From Candidatus Kapaibacterium sp. (GTDB lineage Bacteria; Bacteroidota; Ignavibacteria; Kapaibacteriales; Kapaibacteriaceae), in contig JAURGP010000005.1 in assembly GCA_030833725.1 (NCBI GenBank), positions 298 through 64,297 of the forward strand: a stretch of 64,000 bases of DNA, read 5' to 3'. The notes under the pieces are model-generated. The model did no database searches. It was not told the origin of the DNA and saw only the letters and a list, made by a program, of their open reading frames with translations. Position numbers and translations under genes: made by a program. Shown one piece after another: positions 37,941 through 47,040 of this stretch (position 1 is its first letter; each line of letters opens with the position of its first letter).

Positions 37941-39305
37941 ATGCCAACGAAGAAGAAAGTCGCTACCACATCGAATACAGCCTCAAAGCGCAAGCTGCTG
38001 CGGTCCATCACTGACGGAACCTGTCGAGTCGGCGTCGTAGGCTTGGGCTACGTTGGCTTGCCGTTGGCTCTGGAGTTTGCCAAAGCCGGTGTGGCAACCC
38101 TTGGAGTTGATGTGGACTCCCGCAAGGTGAGTTCCCTGCAGAAGGGTAAGAACTACATCCAGGACCTGAGTTCGGCCGAGATCCGTGCTGTCGTCAAGAG
38201 TGGCGCACTCTCGGCTACGACTGATTTCAATGAGCTGGGCACATGTGATGTGATCTACATCTGTGTACCCACGCCCTTTACCGACAATAAAGATCCGGAC
38301 ATCTCCCACATCGTGGCTGCTACGACGGCCATTGCCGGCATCCTGCGCAAGGGCCATCTGGTGATCCTCAAGAGTACGACGTTTCCAGGTACAACGGACT
38401 CGTATGTTCAACCCCTGTTAGACGCAACGTCGCTGCGATGCGGCACGGACTACTTCCTAGCCTTCTCTCCAGAACGCATCGACCCGGGAAATCAGAAGTG
38501 GAACACGTCGAACACGCCCGTGGTGGTTGGGGGTGTGACTCCGGCCTGTACCGAGGTAGCTGTGGCGATCAACAAGCGCATCATCTCGGAAGTGGTCGCC
38601 GTATCGTCTCCGCGCGTAGCAGAGATGGAGAAGCTGCTGGAGAATATTTTTCGCAGTGTCAACATTGCCTTGGTTAATGAGCTGGCCCAGCTCTGTGATC
38701 GAATTGGTGTGAATATCTGGGAAGTGGTAGATGCAGCATCAACCAAGCCGTTTGGTTTCATGCCCTTTTATCCGGGTCCGGGTATTGGCGGACACTGCAT
38801 TCTCATCGACCCATATTACCTGAGCTGGATGGCGCGCGAAAAGGACTTCGTCACCAACTTCGTGACCCTTGCTGCCGAGGTCAATGAGTCGATGCCGTTC
38901 TATGTGCGCTCGATGATCGAGCGCGAAGTAGCCAAGCAGCCAATCGCGATGAAGGATGCCAAGGTTCTCCTGCTCGGGATGGCCTTCAAGCGCGACGTGG
39001 ACGATCTTCGACATTCGCCAGCGTTGAAGGTCGCGGAGTTGCTCTTCGACGACGGATTTCGCCATGTGTCGTACCACGATCCGTTCATTCCGAAGGTTCA
39101 GGTTGCTGGCAGAACGCTGGCGTCCAAGAAGAATCTGACTCCCGCCGATGTCCGGAAACACGACATCGTGGTCATCACCACCGATCACACATCCTTTGAT
39201 TACGAGATGATCGCCGCCAATGCCAAGGTGGTGATCGACACCCGGAATGCCACGCGAAACGTCGCCTCACGCAAGAACATCGTGCTGCTCGGAGATGGCC
39301 TATGA
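37941..39305 (+). CDS. wecC: UDP-N-acetyl-D-mannosamine (UDP-sugar) dehydrogenase.
   Basis: RVGVVGLGYVGLPLALEFAKAG NAD-binding motif and nucleotide-sugar dehydrogenase central and C-terminal domains. Confidence 0.8.
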   Translation: MPTKKKVATTSNTASKRKLLRSITDGTCRVGVVGLGYVGLPLALEFAKAGVATLGVDVDSRKVSSLQKGKNYIQDLSSAEIRAVVKSGALSATTDFNELGTCDVIYICVPTPFTDNKDPDISHIVAATTAIAGILRKGHLVILKSTTFPGTTDSYVQPLLDATSLRCGTDYFLAFSPERIDPGNQKWNTSNTPVVVGGVTPACTEVAVAINKRIISEVVAVSSPRVAEMEKLLENIFRSVNIALVNELAQLCDRIGVNIWEVVDAASTKPFGFMPFYPGPGIGGHCILIDPYYLSWMAREKDFVTNFVTLAAEVNESMPFYVRSMIEREVAKQPIAMKDAKVLLLGMAFKRDVDDLRHSPALKVAELLFDDGFRHVSYHDPFIPKVQVAGRTLASKKNLTPADVRKHDIVVITTDHTSFDYEMIAANAKVVIDTRNATRNVASRKNIVLLGDGL

Positions 39306-40399
39306 TCAGCAGGATCAAGGTGCTGTCAGTGGTTGGTGCTCGGCCAAACTTCATGAAGGTTGCACCGATCCATCGAGCCATGCTCGAGGCTGCGGACCTG
39401 TTCGAGCATCACATCGTCCATACCGGTCAGCACTACGACCAACGGATGAGTGATGCCTTCTTTGCCGACCTCGACATGCCGCATCCATCGTGGTTTCTCG
39501 GCGTGGGGTCGGGTAGCCATGCCCAACAGACAGCGCGAGTGATGACGGGCTTTGAGGAGGTGTGCCAGCAGGCACAACCAGACTACGTGATTGTCGTTGG
39601 GGATGTCAACAGCACAATTGCCTGTGCTCTGGTTAGCGTGAAGATGGGCATACGCACAGGGCACGTAGAAGCCGGTTTGCGCTCAAACGACCGGGCGATG
39701 CCAGAAGAAATCAACCGATTGGCGACGGATGCCATTGTCGACGACCTGTTTGTGACCGAGCAGTCCGGCTATGATAACCTCGTGCGCGAAGGCGTAGCCC
39801 CCTCCCGAATTCACTTCGTGGGCAACACGATGATCGACTCGCTGCACGTTGCCTTGCCACGGTCGCGTCAGTCGCCGATTCTTGCTACACTGGGTGTGCA
39901 ACCACAGTCGTACCTGCTGGTAACCCTTCATCGTCCCAGCAATGTGGATGATCGTCAACAGCTTACCGCGCTGATGGAAACGATGGCGCATCTGTCGTCA
40001 GAAGTGCCGGTAGTGTTTCCTGTGCATCCCCGCACTCGGCAGCACCTCTCTCACTGGGACATTGCCTGTCCGGACGGCGTCATCATGATCGATCCCGTGG
40101 GTTACATCGACTTCGTGGCGTTGGTTCAGGGGGCTCGATGTGTGGTGACCGATAGTGGTGGCATTCAGGAAGAAACAACGGCCCTGGGTATCCCGTGTGT
40201 GACGGCGCGGACCAGTACCGAGCGTCCATCCACGGTAGAATTAGGTACCAATGTCTTGGTTCATCCGGAACAGCATGCAATCCTGCATGCCGTGGCTACC
40301 ATCCTGCATGGCGGGGCAAAGCGGGGAACGGTTCCGCCCCTGTGGGACGGCCACGCAGCCGAACGGATTGTGGGCGTCCTGCGCTCTCACTATTCGTAA
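39302..40399 (+). CDS. wecB: UDP-N-acetylglucosamine 2-epimerase (non-hydrolysing).
   Basis: KVLSVVGARPNFMKVAPI and HTGQHYD motifs. ATGA overlap with wecC. Confidence 0.85.
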   Translation: MISRIKVLSVVGARPNFMKVAPIHRAMLEAADLFEHHIVHTGQHYDQRMSDAFFADLDMPHPSWFLGVGSGSHAQQTARVMTGFEEVCQQAQPDYVIVVGDVNSTIACALVSVKMGIRTGHVEAGLRSNDRAMPEEINRLATDAIVDDLFVTEQSGYDNLVREGVAPSRIHFVGNTMIDSLHVALPRSRQSPILATLGVQPQSYLLVTLHRPSNVDDRQQLTALMETMAHLSSEVPVVFPVHPRTRQHLSHWDIACPDGVIMIDPVGYIDFVALVQGARCVVTDSGGIQEETTALGIPCVTARTSTERPSTVELGTNVLVHPEQHAILHAVATILHGGAKRGTVPPLWDGHAAERIVGVLRSHYS

Positions 40400-40457
40400 T
40401 TTTGACATCGCGATTTTCAATAGGATGCTCATGCACTCACGATGTGAGCCGTACACC

Positions 40458-42176
40458 ATGCGGTGCGTCGCCCTCGTACTTCTTCTGCTCACCGTAATCG
40501 TGCCCGTTTCATGGGGTCAGGCAACGGGTTCCGTCCTCGATCTCGACCGGGCCTCGATGCTGCGTCAAAACACGACGCTGGGCGCGTTGCTGTCAGCCGA
40601 ACCCATCCCGACGGATGATGCCGTAGATCCTACGGTGTACCGCGTAGGTCCCGGTGATGTCCTCTCGTATCAGACGACTGGCCTCGACTTCTCCGAGAAG
40701 ATGGTGATGGTCACTCCCGAGAACACACTCCTCTTAGAGCGCTACGGGATGATTTCCGTCGCCGGTCAGACGCTCGATGAGGTGCGATCAGCCATCATTC
40801 AACGCGTTCAACAACAGGCTCCAGGCATAGAAATCTTCGTCACACTGCGCAAGCCTCGATTGGTGTACGTTACCCTCAAAGGGAATGTGACCTTTCCGGG
40901 TACCTATGCCGTACCGGCATCGATGCGGGTGTCCACGCTGCTGGCCGTGACGCGTCAGCCGTGGCTCCTCCGCCGTGATGGTTCGCCAAGCGACGATCTT
41001 CGTCGAATGGGAGCTTCCACAGCATTTCAGGCTGCCACCAATGAGCTTGCCCGTGCTGTTCGGCCGGATTTGACGCCATATGCCATGCGCAATATCGTTG
41101 TCCGACACCGCCAAGGCGTCTCACTCGTCGATCTGGCGTTGTCGTCGCTCCCTGGTGGTGCTCGGTTCGATCCGCACCTACGAGAAGGTGACGTCGTGAC
41201 CGTACCATTCGACAGCGAGGAGGTTCCAACGATTTCCGTCTCCGGAGCCGTCGTGAGCCCAACAACTCTGGCATACAAGGTGGGTGATCGAGCGTCGCTC
41301 CTGCTAGCCGTGGCTGGTGGCCCTCTTCAGGATGCTGACCTAGATCGTGTACTCCTTGTACAGTCCAGTGGTGGGGGGGCGCAGACGCTCGTGGTTGATT
41401 CTACGTTGACGATTGAGGGAGCTGATGTTCCGCTCGAGCCGGGCGCCAGTATCATCGTAGAACGACGGGCCTACGCCGGTGAACCAGTGCGTCAGGGTGT
41501 GGTAGAAGTGTACGGCGAGGTGGCCCGTCCTGGCACGGTGGTTATTGAGCCCGGAGTTACACGGTTGGCGGAAGCGGTGCGCCTTGCAGGAGGCCCTGAT
41601 GCCAATGCCTCCCTAGCCTTGAGTTACGTCGTGCGGCCAGAGATGACGGTGCCATCAGAGCGTGAACTGGAAGATCGAGGAAATCGACGATTCATGTACT
41701 CCGATTTGACCTTGGAAGACACGCTTCGCTACCGCATGGATCAGATGTATCGTCTGCCGTTTGTGTCCTGCAACGTTGAAGCAGCATTGCGCGATACGTC
41801 CGGATCCAACAACATCACACTACAGCACGGTGATATCATCGTGATTGAGGATACGCCGTCGCGCGTGTACGTGTATGGACAGGTACACCGCCCAGGCTTT
41901 GTCACGTTTTCCCCGGGCAAGACGCTCCGCTGGTACGTAGAACGTGCCGGAGGATTTGGTACCGGTGCTGAGACGTCGCGTGCACGAGTGATCAAGGGAC
42001 GATCCAACGTATGGGTCGAAGACCGGGATGCCATCGTAGAGCCCGGGGATGAAATCTACGTGCCACGTCCGCCCGATATCCCGGCCTCGGTGGAGATCCA
42101 GACCTACGCTGCCGTAGCTGCCATTGCCTCGGCCATTGCTCTGTTGGCTACCACGTTCATCACGATTTTCCGATAG
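40458..42176 (+). CDS. wza: Polysaccharide export outer-membrane protein (Wza-like, Poly_export + SLBB domains).
   Basis: Signal peptide MRCVALVLLLLTVIVPVSWG. VYRVGPGDVLSY Poly_export motif. Repeated SLBB-like modules. C-terminal hydrophobic helix as in Wza. Confidence 0.7.
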   Translation: MRCVALVLLLLTVIVPVSWGQATGSVLDLDRASMLRQNTTLGALLSAEPIPTDDAVDPTVYRVGPGDVLSYQTTGLDFSEKMVMVTPENTLLLERYGMISVAGQTLDEVRSAIIQRVQQQAPGIEIFVTLRKPRLVYVTLKGNVTFPGTYAVPASMRVSTLLAVTRQPWLLRRDGSPSDDLRRMGASTAFQAATNELARAVRPDLTPYAMRNIVVRHRQGVSLVDLALSSLPGGARFDPHLREGDVVTVPFDSEEVPTISVSGAVVSPTTLAYKVGDRASLLLAVAGGPLQDADLDRVLLVQSSGGGAQTLVVDSTLTIEGADVPLEPGASIIVERRAYAGEPVRQGVVEVYGEVARPGTVVIEPGVTRLAEAVRLAGGPDANASLALSYVVRPEMTVPSERELEDRGNRRFMYSDLTLEDTLRYRMDQMYRLPFVSCNVEAALRDTSGSNNITLQHGDIIVIEDTPSRVYVYGQVHRPGFVTFSPGKTLRWYVERAGGFGTGAETSRARVIKGRSNVWVEDRDAIVEPGDEIYVPRPPDIPASVEIQTYAAVAAIASAIALLATTFITIFR

Positions 42177-42181
42177 CGGGA

Positions 42182-43402
42182 ATGCCGGAGCCCCTTACCA
42201 TCGGCTTCGTCCTCCTCACCATCGCCGTGGTGGGAATCGTCTTTCCACACGTAGTCTATCCCGTGACACTGCGTTTGATTGTGGTGCTGCGTGATCTTCT
42301 GAAAACAAACAAGCACGACGCGGTCGATGAGAGGATGTCGTGGAGCGAGCTACCGCGCGTTGACATTCTTCTCTCGGCCTACAATGAAGAGGCCGTGATT
42401 GCCCGGTGTTTGTCGTCGATTGCCAGCAGCGACTATCCTCACCAGCAGATGCGCCTGCTCATCGGCGACGATGGAAGCACGGACCAGACGGTCGACGTCG
42501 TGCGCACGTGGGCTGCAGAGCATGCAGATCTGCCGTGCGAGGTAACTGTGTTGCCGCGATCGGGTAAGAACGCTGTCGTGGCTACGCTTACCGAAAAGAT
42601 CTCCGCACCCATCGTGGTGTACACGGACGCGGATGCCCAGTGGTTTCCCAACAGCCTGCGAGCCATCGTGGCTCCGTTGGCCGATCCCGAAGTCGGTGCT
42701 AGCATCGGAAGGAGTCGCTACGATGTGCCGTCAGAAGATGCGATGCCGCCGTCGGCGCGTCTGGATGCGGTAGCCAGTGAAGTTTCCTACCGAAAACTCG
42801 AAGAGGTTGTTCATACGATGGAGGGACAGATTGCCTCCACGATCGCTTCCTACGGTGCCTTGTTCGCACTTCGCACCACGCATGCTCATGCGATACGGGA
42901 TAGTCGTGTGGCCGACGATTGGGTGAACGTGCTACGCTGTGTGGCGGCGGGCGATCGTGTAGCCTATGCCTACGATGCGGCCACGATCGAGCTTCGCAGT
43001 ACGAGTTTGGGTGGGGAAGTACGCCGAACAATTCGTACGGCAGCTGCCGGGATGTCTACCGTGTGGCAGTACCGTAAGCTGCTGCTACCGCGTGCTGGAT
43101 GGTTCGCCTACTTCCTCTGGGGACATAAGGTTGTTCGGTGGCTCAGTCCCGTCTTTCTTGTGGTCCTCATCGTTGCGTTACCGTTTCTGCTGAGCGATCC
43201 ACTTGTCTTCGGCGTGGTATTCTACGGCCAGGCCGTCCTGTATGCCGTTGCTCTGCTCGGCTACGCTCTTGCCCGTCAAGGACAGCATCTGCCTCTAATT
43301 TCACAAGCAACGTACTTCGTTGCCATGAACTGGGCCTTCGCCGCAGCGTGGTGGCGCGTGGTTCGACGGACATCCATGGATCGTTGGACACCAGAGGCCT
43401 AG
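42182..43402 (+). CDS. Membrane-embedded GT2 glycosyltransferase with synthase-like topology.
   Basis: N-terminal TM helix, GT2 core (ILLSAYNEE, DDGSTD, DAD) and a C-terminal multi-TM bundle, resembling PgaC/NodC-type topology. QxxRW motif not clearly conserved. Confidence 0.65.
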   Translation: MPEPLTIGFVLLTIAVVGIVFPHVVYPVTLRLIVVLRDLLKTNKHDAVDERMSWSELPRVDILLSAYNEEAVIARCLSSIASSDYPHQQMRLLIGDDGSTDQTVDVVRTWAAEHADLPCEVTVLPRSGKNAVVATLTEKISAPIVVYTDADAQWFPNSLRAIVAPLADPEVGASIGRSRYDVPSEDAMPPSARLDAVASEVSYRKLEEVVHTMEGQIASTIASYGALFALRTTHAHAIRDSRVADDWVNVLRCVAAGDRVAYAYDAATIELRSTSLGGEVRRTIRTAAAGMSTVWQYRKLLLPRAGWFAYFLWGHKVVRWLSPVFLVVLIVALPFLLSDPLVFGVVFYGQAVLYAVALLGYALARQGQHLPLISQATYFVAMNWAFAAAWWRVVRRTSMDRWTPEA

Positions 43403-43406
43403 ACGC

Positions 43407-44888
43407 ATGAACGAGACCACCCATACCACGGCGCGCAAGGTGCTCTCCGGAGGAGTGTCGCTCCTGGCTTCCCAGGGCATCTCCATGGTGCTGTTCTTTT
43501 TGGCGCAGCGTCTGATTCTCTCCGAGCTGACCAAGGAGCAGAACGGTGTTCTGATGTCGGAGCGTCGGATCGTTGACCTCCTCATGTTGGCCTTCGTTGA
43601 CTTCGGCATGAACTCAGTGGTGATGCGACGGGCCATTGATCAACCCGACCGTGCTCGTGCAGTACTATCCTCAGCTGCCGGCCTACGATTGTTGCTGTGG
43701 CTGGCATCGTTCATGCTTGTGGTAGGGTATAGCTTGCTCGCCGACGTACACATGATACATGTGGTGATCTGGGCGACGTATCTGTTGATCACGGCACGGA
43801 CAGGATTACTTCGCTACAACTACGAGCTGTCTGCGCGGTCGCAGTTAGCCTTTGGTGCGCCTACCATTGCCTCGGTATTGGATGCGATCTGTTTTGCCGC
43901 GTTGATGTGGTGGCAGCAGTCAGAGCTCACGCCTACGGTCATCATGGGCTCCTACCTCGCAGCGAGTATACCTGGATTCGTGATGATGGTGGTTGTCGAT
44001 CGCGGTCGATCAATCCGCTGGTCGTGGATGGAAGCCGCAGAGATGAAGACCATTCTCCGGGAGGCTTTGCCGGTGTTTGTTGCCTTCGGCCTTCTGAACC
44101 TCCACGACAAGATCGACGTGGTTCTTCTCACGTGGTTGAGCACTGAGGTCCAGGTTGGCATTTACGGAGCGGCCTATGTGACGCTCTCTCCACTTACGGG
44201 TACGATTCCGCTGGCGGCGTCGATGGTGATGGTGCCCGTGATCGCTCGTTACGCAGCATCGGATATGGCACGGTGTGAAACCTTTGCTGTTGCCGGTCTT
44301 CGTTTGCTTACGGCATCGGCAGCGATTTTGTCGTCCGTCCTGACGGCCTTGGCACCCTTGATCATCTGGCTGATCAGCAAGAATCGCTACGCCGACAACG
44401 TTGCGGAGTATGTTCTCTTTCTGTGGATGCCCCTGCCCATCTTTCTGCTGGTCTATATCCAGGAAGTGCAGGTGGCTCTTGGGCGACAACGCAGGAATCT
44501 GCCCATTGCCATATTGTTGGCAGGAGGCAGCCTCCTGGCTGGGGCAGTGCTGATCCCGCTTTTCGAGGCACAGCACCTTGCGGCGTTTGGTGCCATCTCG
44601 GCACGCATGATCGTAACCATCGCAGGAGCCGGCGTAGCTGTCTGGGTACTGCGCCGCGTGTTTCCACAGCGCTTGCAGGCTCGCACCATTAGTGCACTGT
44701 TGATCGTAGGAGTGGGGTCGGCAGCGATCGCCGTTGGCAGTGCCATGTATCTCTCCAGTGTGTGGGCATCCGTCGTTGCGGGAGGTTGCTCCGTGGCACT
44801 GGTGTTTGGCACCCGCCTGCTCACGTGGGCAGATGTGCAGACGGTCTATGCAGTAGTGCGTTCACGAACAGCATCTCAACCTGCATGA
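43407..44888 (+). CDS. wzx: Polysaccharide biosynthesis flippase (Wzx/MOP superfamily).
   Basis: About 12-14 predicted TM helices and the size and composition of PST-family flippases. Sits between glycosyltransferases in an EPS locus. Confidence 0.65.
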   Translation: MNETTHTTARKVLSGGVSLLASQGISMVLFFLAQRLILSELTKEQNGVLMSERRIVDLLMLAFVDFGMNSVVMRRAIDQPDRARAVLSSAAGLRLLLWLASFMLVVGYSLLADVHMIHVVIWATYLLITARTGLLRYNYELSARSQLAFGAPTIASVLDAICFAALMWWQQSELTPTVIMGSYLAASIPGFVMMVVVDRGRSIRWSWMEAAEMKTILREALPVFVAFGLLNLHDKIDVVLLTWLSTEVQVGIYGAAYVTLSPLTGTIPLAASMVMVPVIARYAASDMARCETFAVAGLRLLTASAAILSSVLTALAPLIIWLISKNRYADNVAEYVLFLWMPLPIFLLVYIQEVQVALGRQRRNLPIAILLAGGSLLAGAVLIPLFEAQHLAAFGAISARMIVTIAGAGVAVWVLRRVFPQRLQARTISALLIVGVGSAAIAVGSAMYLSSVWASVVAGGCSVALVFGTRLLTWADVQTVYAVVRSRTASQPA

Positions 44889-46324
44889 GTACACACTCCA
44901 CATCCAGCGGCCTTTCACGGCTGGCGAAACCACGGATACTACAAATCAGTGCCGATACGATTGCCGTGGTAGGGGGCTTTGCACTGTATCAATGGCTTCG
45001 TGTTGTCCTGCTTGGCGAGGTGCGCACGTTTAGTGTTTCTGAGCACATGGTGGTAACAGCGGTGGTGACCACGTACTGGTACATCTGGTTCTGGCTCGGT
45101 GGCCTGTACCGCGATATGTACGTGCGTTCGCCGTTCGAAGAATTCTTTCGCGTTGTGCGACAGACGTTTGTCGGGTCGGCAGTCTTCTTCCTGCTCATCT
45201 ACATGTCCAGCAATGAAGCGTACCAGGAGAATCCTCGCGCGGTGTTCGCCCTGTACTGGATCCTTATCACGGTCTTGGTTGGCAGTGGTCGGTTGATTGC
45301 CCGGGCGATTCAACGATGGCTGCGGGAGTCGAGTTGGGTGCGCATCCCTGCCGTGGTGGTGGGCTCTCCGGAACGTATCAGGGATCTGCTCGCGGAGTTG
45401 CGTCGTATGCCAGCTCTCGGATACCATGTCGTAGGTGTGATTCCCATTGGTACGTCTACCGAGATATCTAACACAGAGGAGTGGTTTGGATCGGTCCCAG
45501 TCTTGGGACCCGTCGAGGAGCTCTCTGCGATTCTGCAGCGTCACGAGCCAAAGGATGTCCTCATTTCCGTTGAGCACTCCAACCATGCGGAGCTGCTGGC
45601 TCTGGTGGCCCGCTGTGCAGAGCGCAGTCGTCGGGTGAAAATCGTACCGGATATGTACGAAATCGTGTCGGGACAGGTTCGCGTGTACCAGCTCTACGGC
45701 GCTCCGTTGATTGATGTCTATCCGGAGCTGATGCAGCCGTGGGAAGCCGTTGCCAAGCGCACGCTGGACATTCTCGTTAGCCTAGCCATTCTGGTGATCG
45801 GCTCACCGGTATGGCTGCTGACGGCGCTGGTGGTGAAGGTGTCGTCCACCGGCCCCATCTTTTTCCGCCAGGAGCGTGTTGGTCGTGATGGCAGCGTGTT
45901 TGTGATGGCCAAATTCCGTTCGATGTACACCCACATGGAGCATGATCGGTCGTGGGTACGAGATGGGGACCCGCGCGTCACACCTGTTGGCAAGTTCCTG
46001 CGCAAGTCACATCTCGACGAGATTCCGCAACTGTGGAATGTCCTGCGTGGGGATATGTCGCTGGTGGGTCCGCGCCCCGAGCAGCCACTGTACGTCGAGA
46101 AGTTCACGGCGATGTTGCCGTATTACGGTCGTCGACACAGTGTTCGTCCAGGTGTGACTGGTTGGTGGCAGGTAATGGCGCGGTCGAATCCCGAAAGCAA
46201 GGAGGAGATTGAGAGCCGCTTGCGCTATGATTTCTTCTACATCGAAAACATGAGCTTCAAGTTGGACCTCGAAATCCTTGTACGAACAGTTTTTGTCATG
46301 TTCCAGGGGCATGGACGCGCGTGA
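44885..46324 (+). CDS. wbaP: Undecaprenyl-phosphate sugar phosphotransferase (WbaP/WcaJ-type initiating transferase).
   Basis: N-terminal TM helices and CoA-binding-like domain. Catalytic C-terminal domain KRTLDILVSLAILVIGSPVWLL...GPIFFRQERVGRDG...KFRSM...DEIPQLWNVLRGDMSLVGPRPE. Confidence 0.8.
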   Translation: MSTHSTSSGLSRLAKPRILQISADTIAVVGGFALYQWLRVVLLGEVRTFSVSEHMVVTAVVTTYWYIWFWLGGLYRDMYVRSPFEEFFRVVRQTFVGSAVFFLLIYMSSNEAYQENPRAVFALYWILITVLVGSGRLIARAIQRWLRESSWVRIPAVVVGSPERIRDLLAELRRMPALGYHVVGVIPIGTSTEISNTEEWFGSVPVLGPVEELSAILQRHEPKDVLISVEHSNHAELLALVARCAERSRRVKIVPDMYEIVSGQVRVYQLYGAPLIDVYPELMQPWEAVAKRTLDILVSLAILVIGSPVWLLTALVVKVSSTGPIFFRQERVGRDGSVFVMAKFRSMYTHMEHDRSWVRDGDPRVTPVGKFLRKSHLDEIPQLWNVLRGDMSLVGPRPEQPLYVEKFTAMLPYYGRRHSVRPGVTGWWQVMARSNPESKEEIESRLRYDFFYIENMSFKLDLEILVRTVFVMFQGHGRA

Positions 46325-47040
46325 AAAGCCTTCTCTGCATACCAACGTACAATGAGCGGGAGAACATCCTGCGCATGATTGATGCCGTCCATGGTGTGTC
46401 GGCACAACTTCACATCCTGATCATCGACGATGGATCTCCCGATGGCACTGCCGGATTGGTTCGTAGCCGACAGGAGACAGATCCGCGCCTCCACCTGATT
46501 GAACGAGAGGGGAAACTTGGACTGGGCACAGCCTACTGCAGGGGCTTTGCCTTTGCCATCGAACAGAACTACGATGTTGTTCTCCAGATGGATGCCGATT
46601 TCTCCCACGACCCCCAAGACCTTCCACGGATGTTCGAGGCCATTGAGAATAACGATGTCGTTATCGGCTCGCGCTATATCTCTGGAGTGAACGTGATCAA
46701 TTGGCCGATGAGCCGGCTGTTGTTGAGCTGGTTTGCTAACCTCTACACCCGTGTCATTACTGGTATGCCGATCGCCGATGCGACCGGTGGTTTCAAGTGT
46801 TTTCGCATCGACGTCCTACGCAAGATTGATCTAACGCGCATCAAGTCGAATGGTTATGCCTTTCAGATTGAGATGAACTACCGGGCATGGCGCCGTGGAG
46901 CGCGCATGAAGGAGATTCCAATCATTTTCACGGATCGTGTCAGTGGCGTCTCGAAGATGAGCAAGAATATCGTCTATGAGGCAGCGTTTCTGGTGTGGAA
47001 ACTGAAGCTGGCAACCCTGTTCTCCTTTGGCAGGAACTAG
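46321..47040 (+). CDS. GT2 polyprenol-phosphate glycosyltransferase (dolichyl-phosphate-mannose-synthase-like).
   Basis: IPTYNERENI, IIDDGSPDGT and the DAD region. About 240 aa, Dpm1/ArnC-like. Confidence 0.8.
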   Translation: MKSLLCIPTYNERENILRMIDAVHGVSAQLHILIIDDGSPDGTAGLVRSRQETDPRLHLIEREGKLGLGTAYCRGFAFAIEQNYDVVLQMDADFSHDPQDLPRMFEAIENNDVVIGSRYISGVNVINWPMSRLLLSWFANLYTRVITGMPIADATGGFKCFRIDVLRKIDLTRIKSNGYAFQIEMNYRAWRRGARMKEIPIIFTDRVSGVSKMSKNIVYEAAFLVWKLKLATLFSFGRN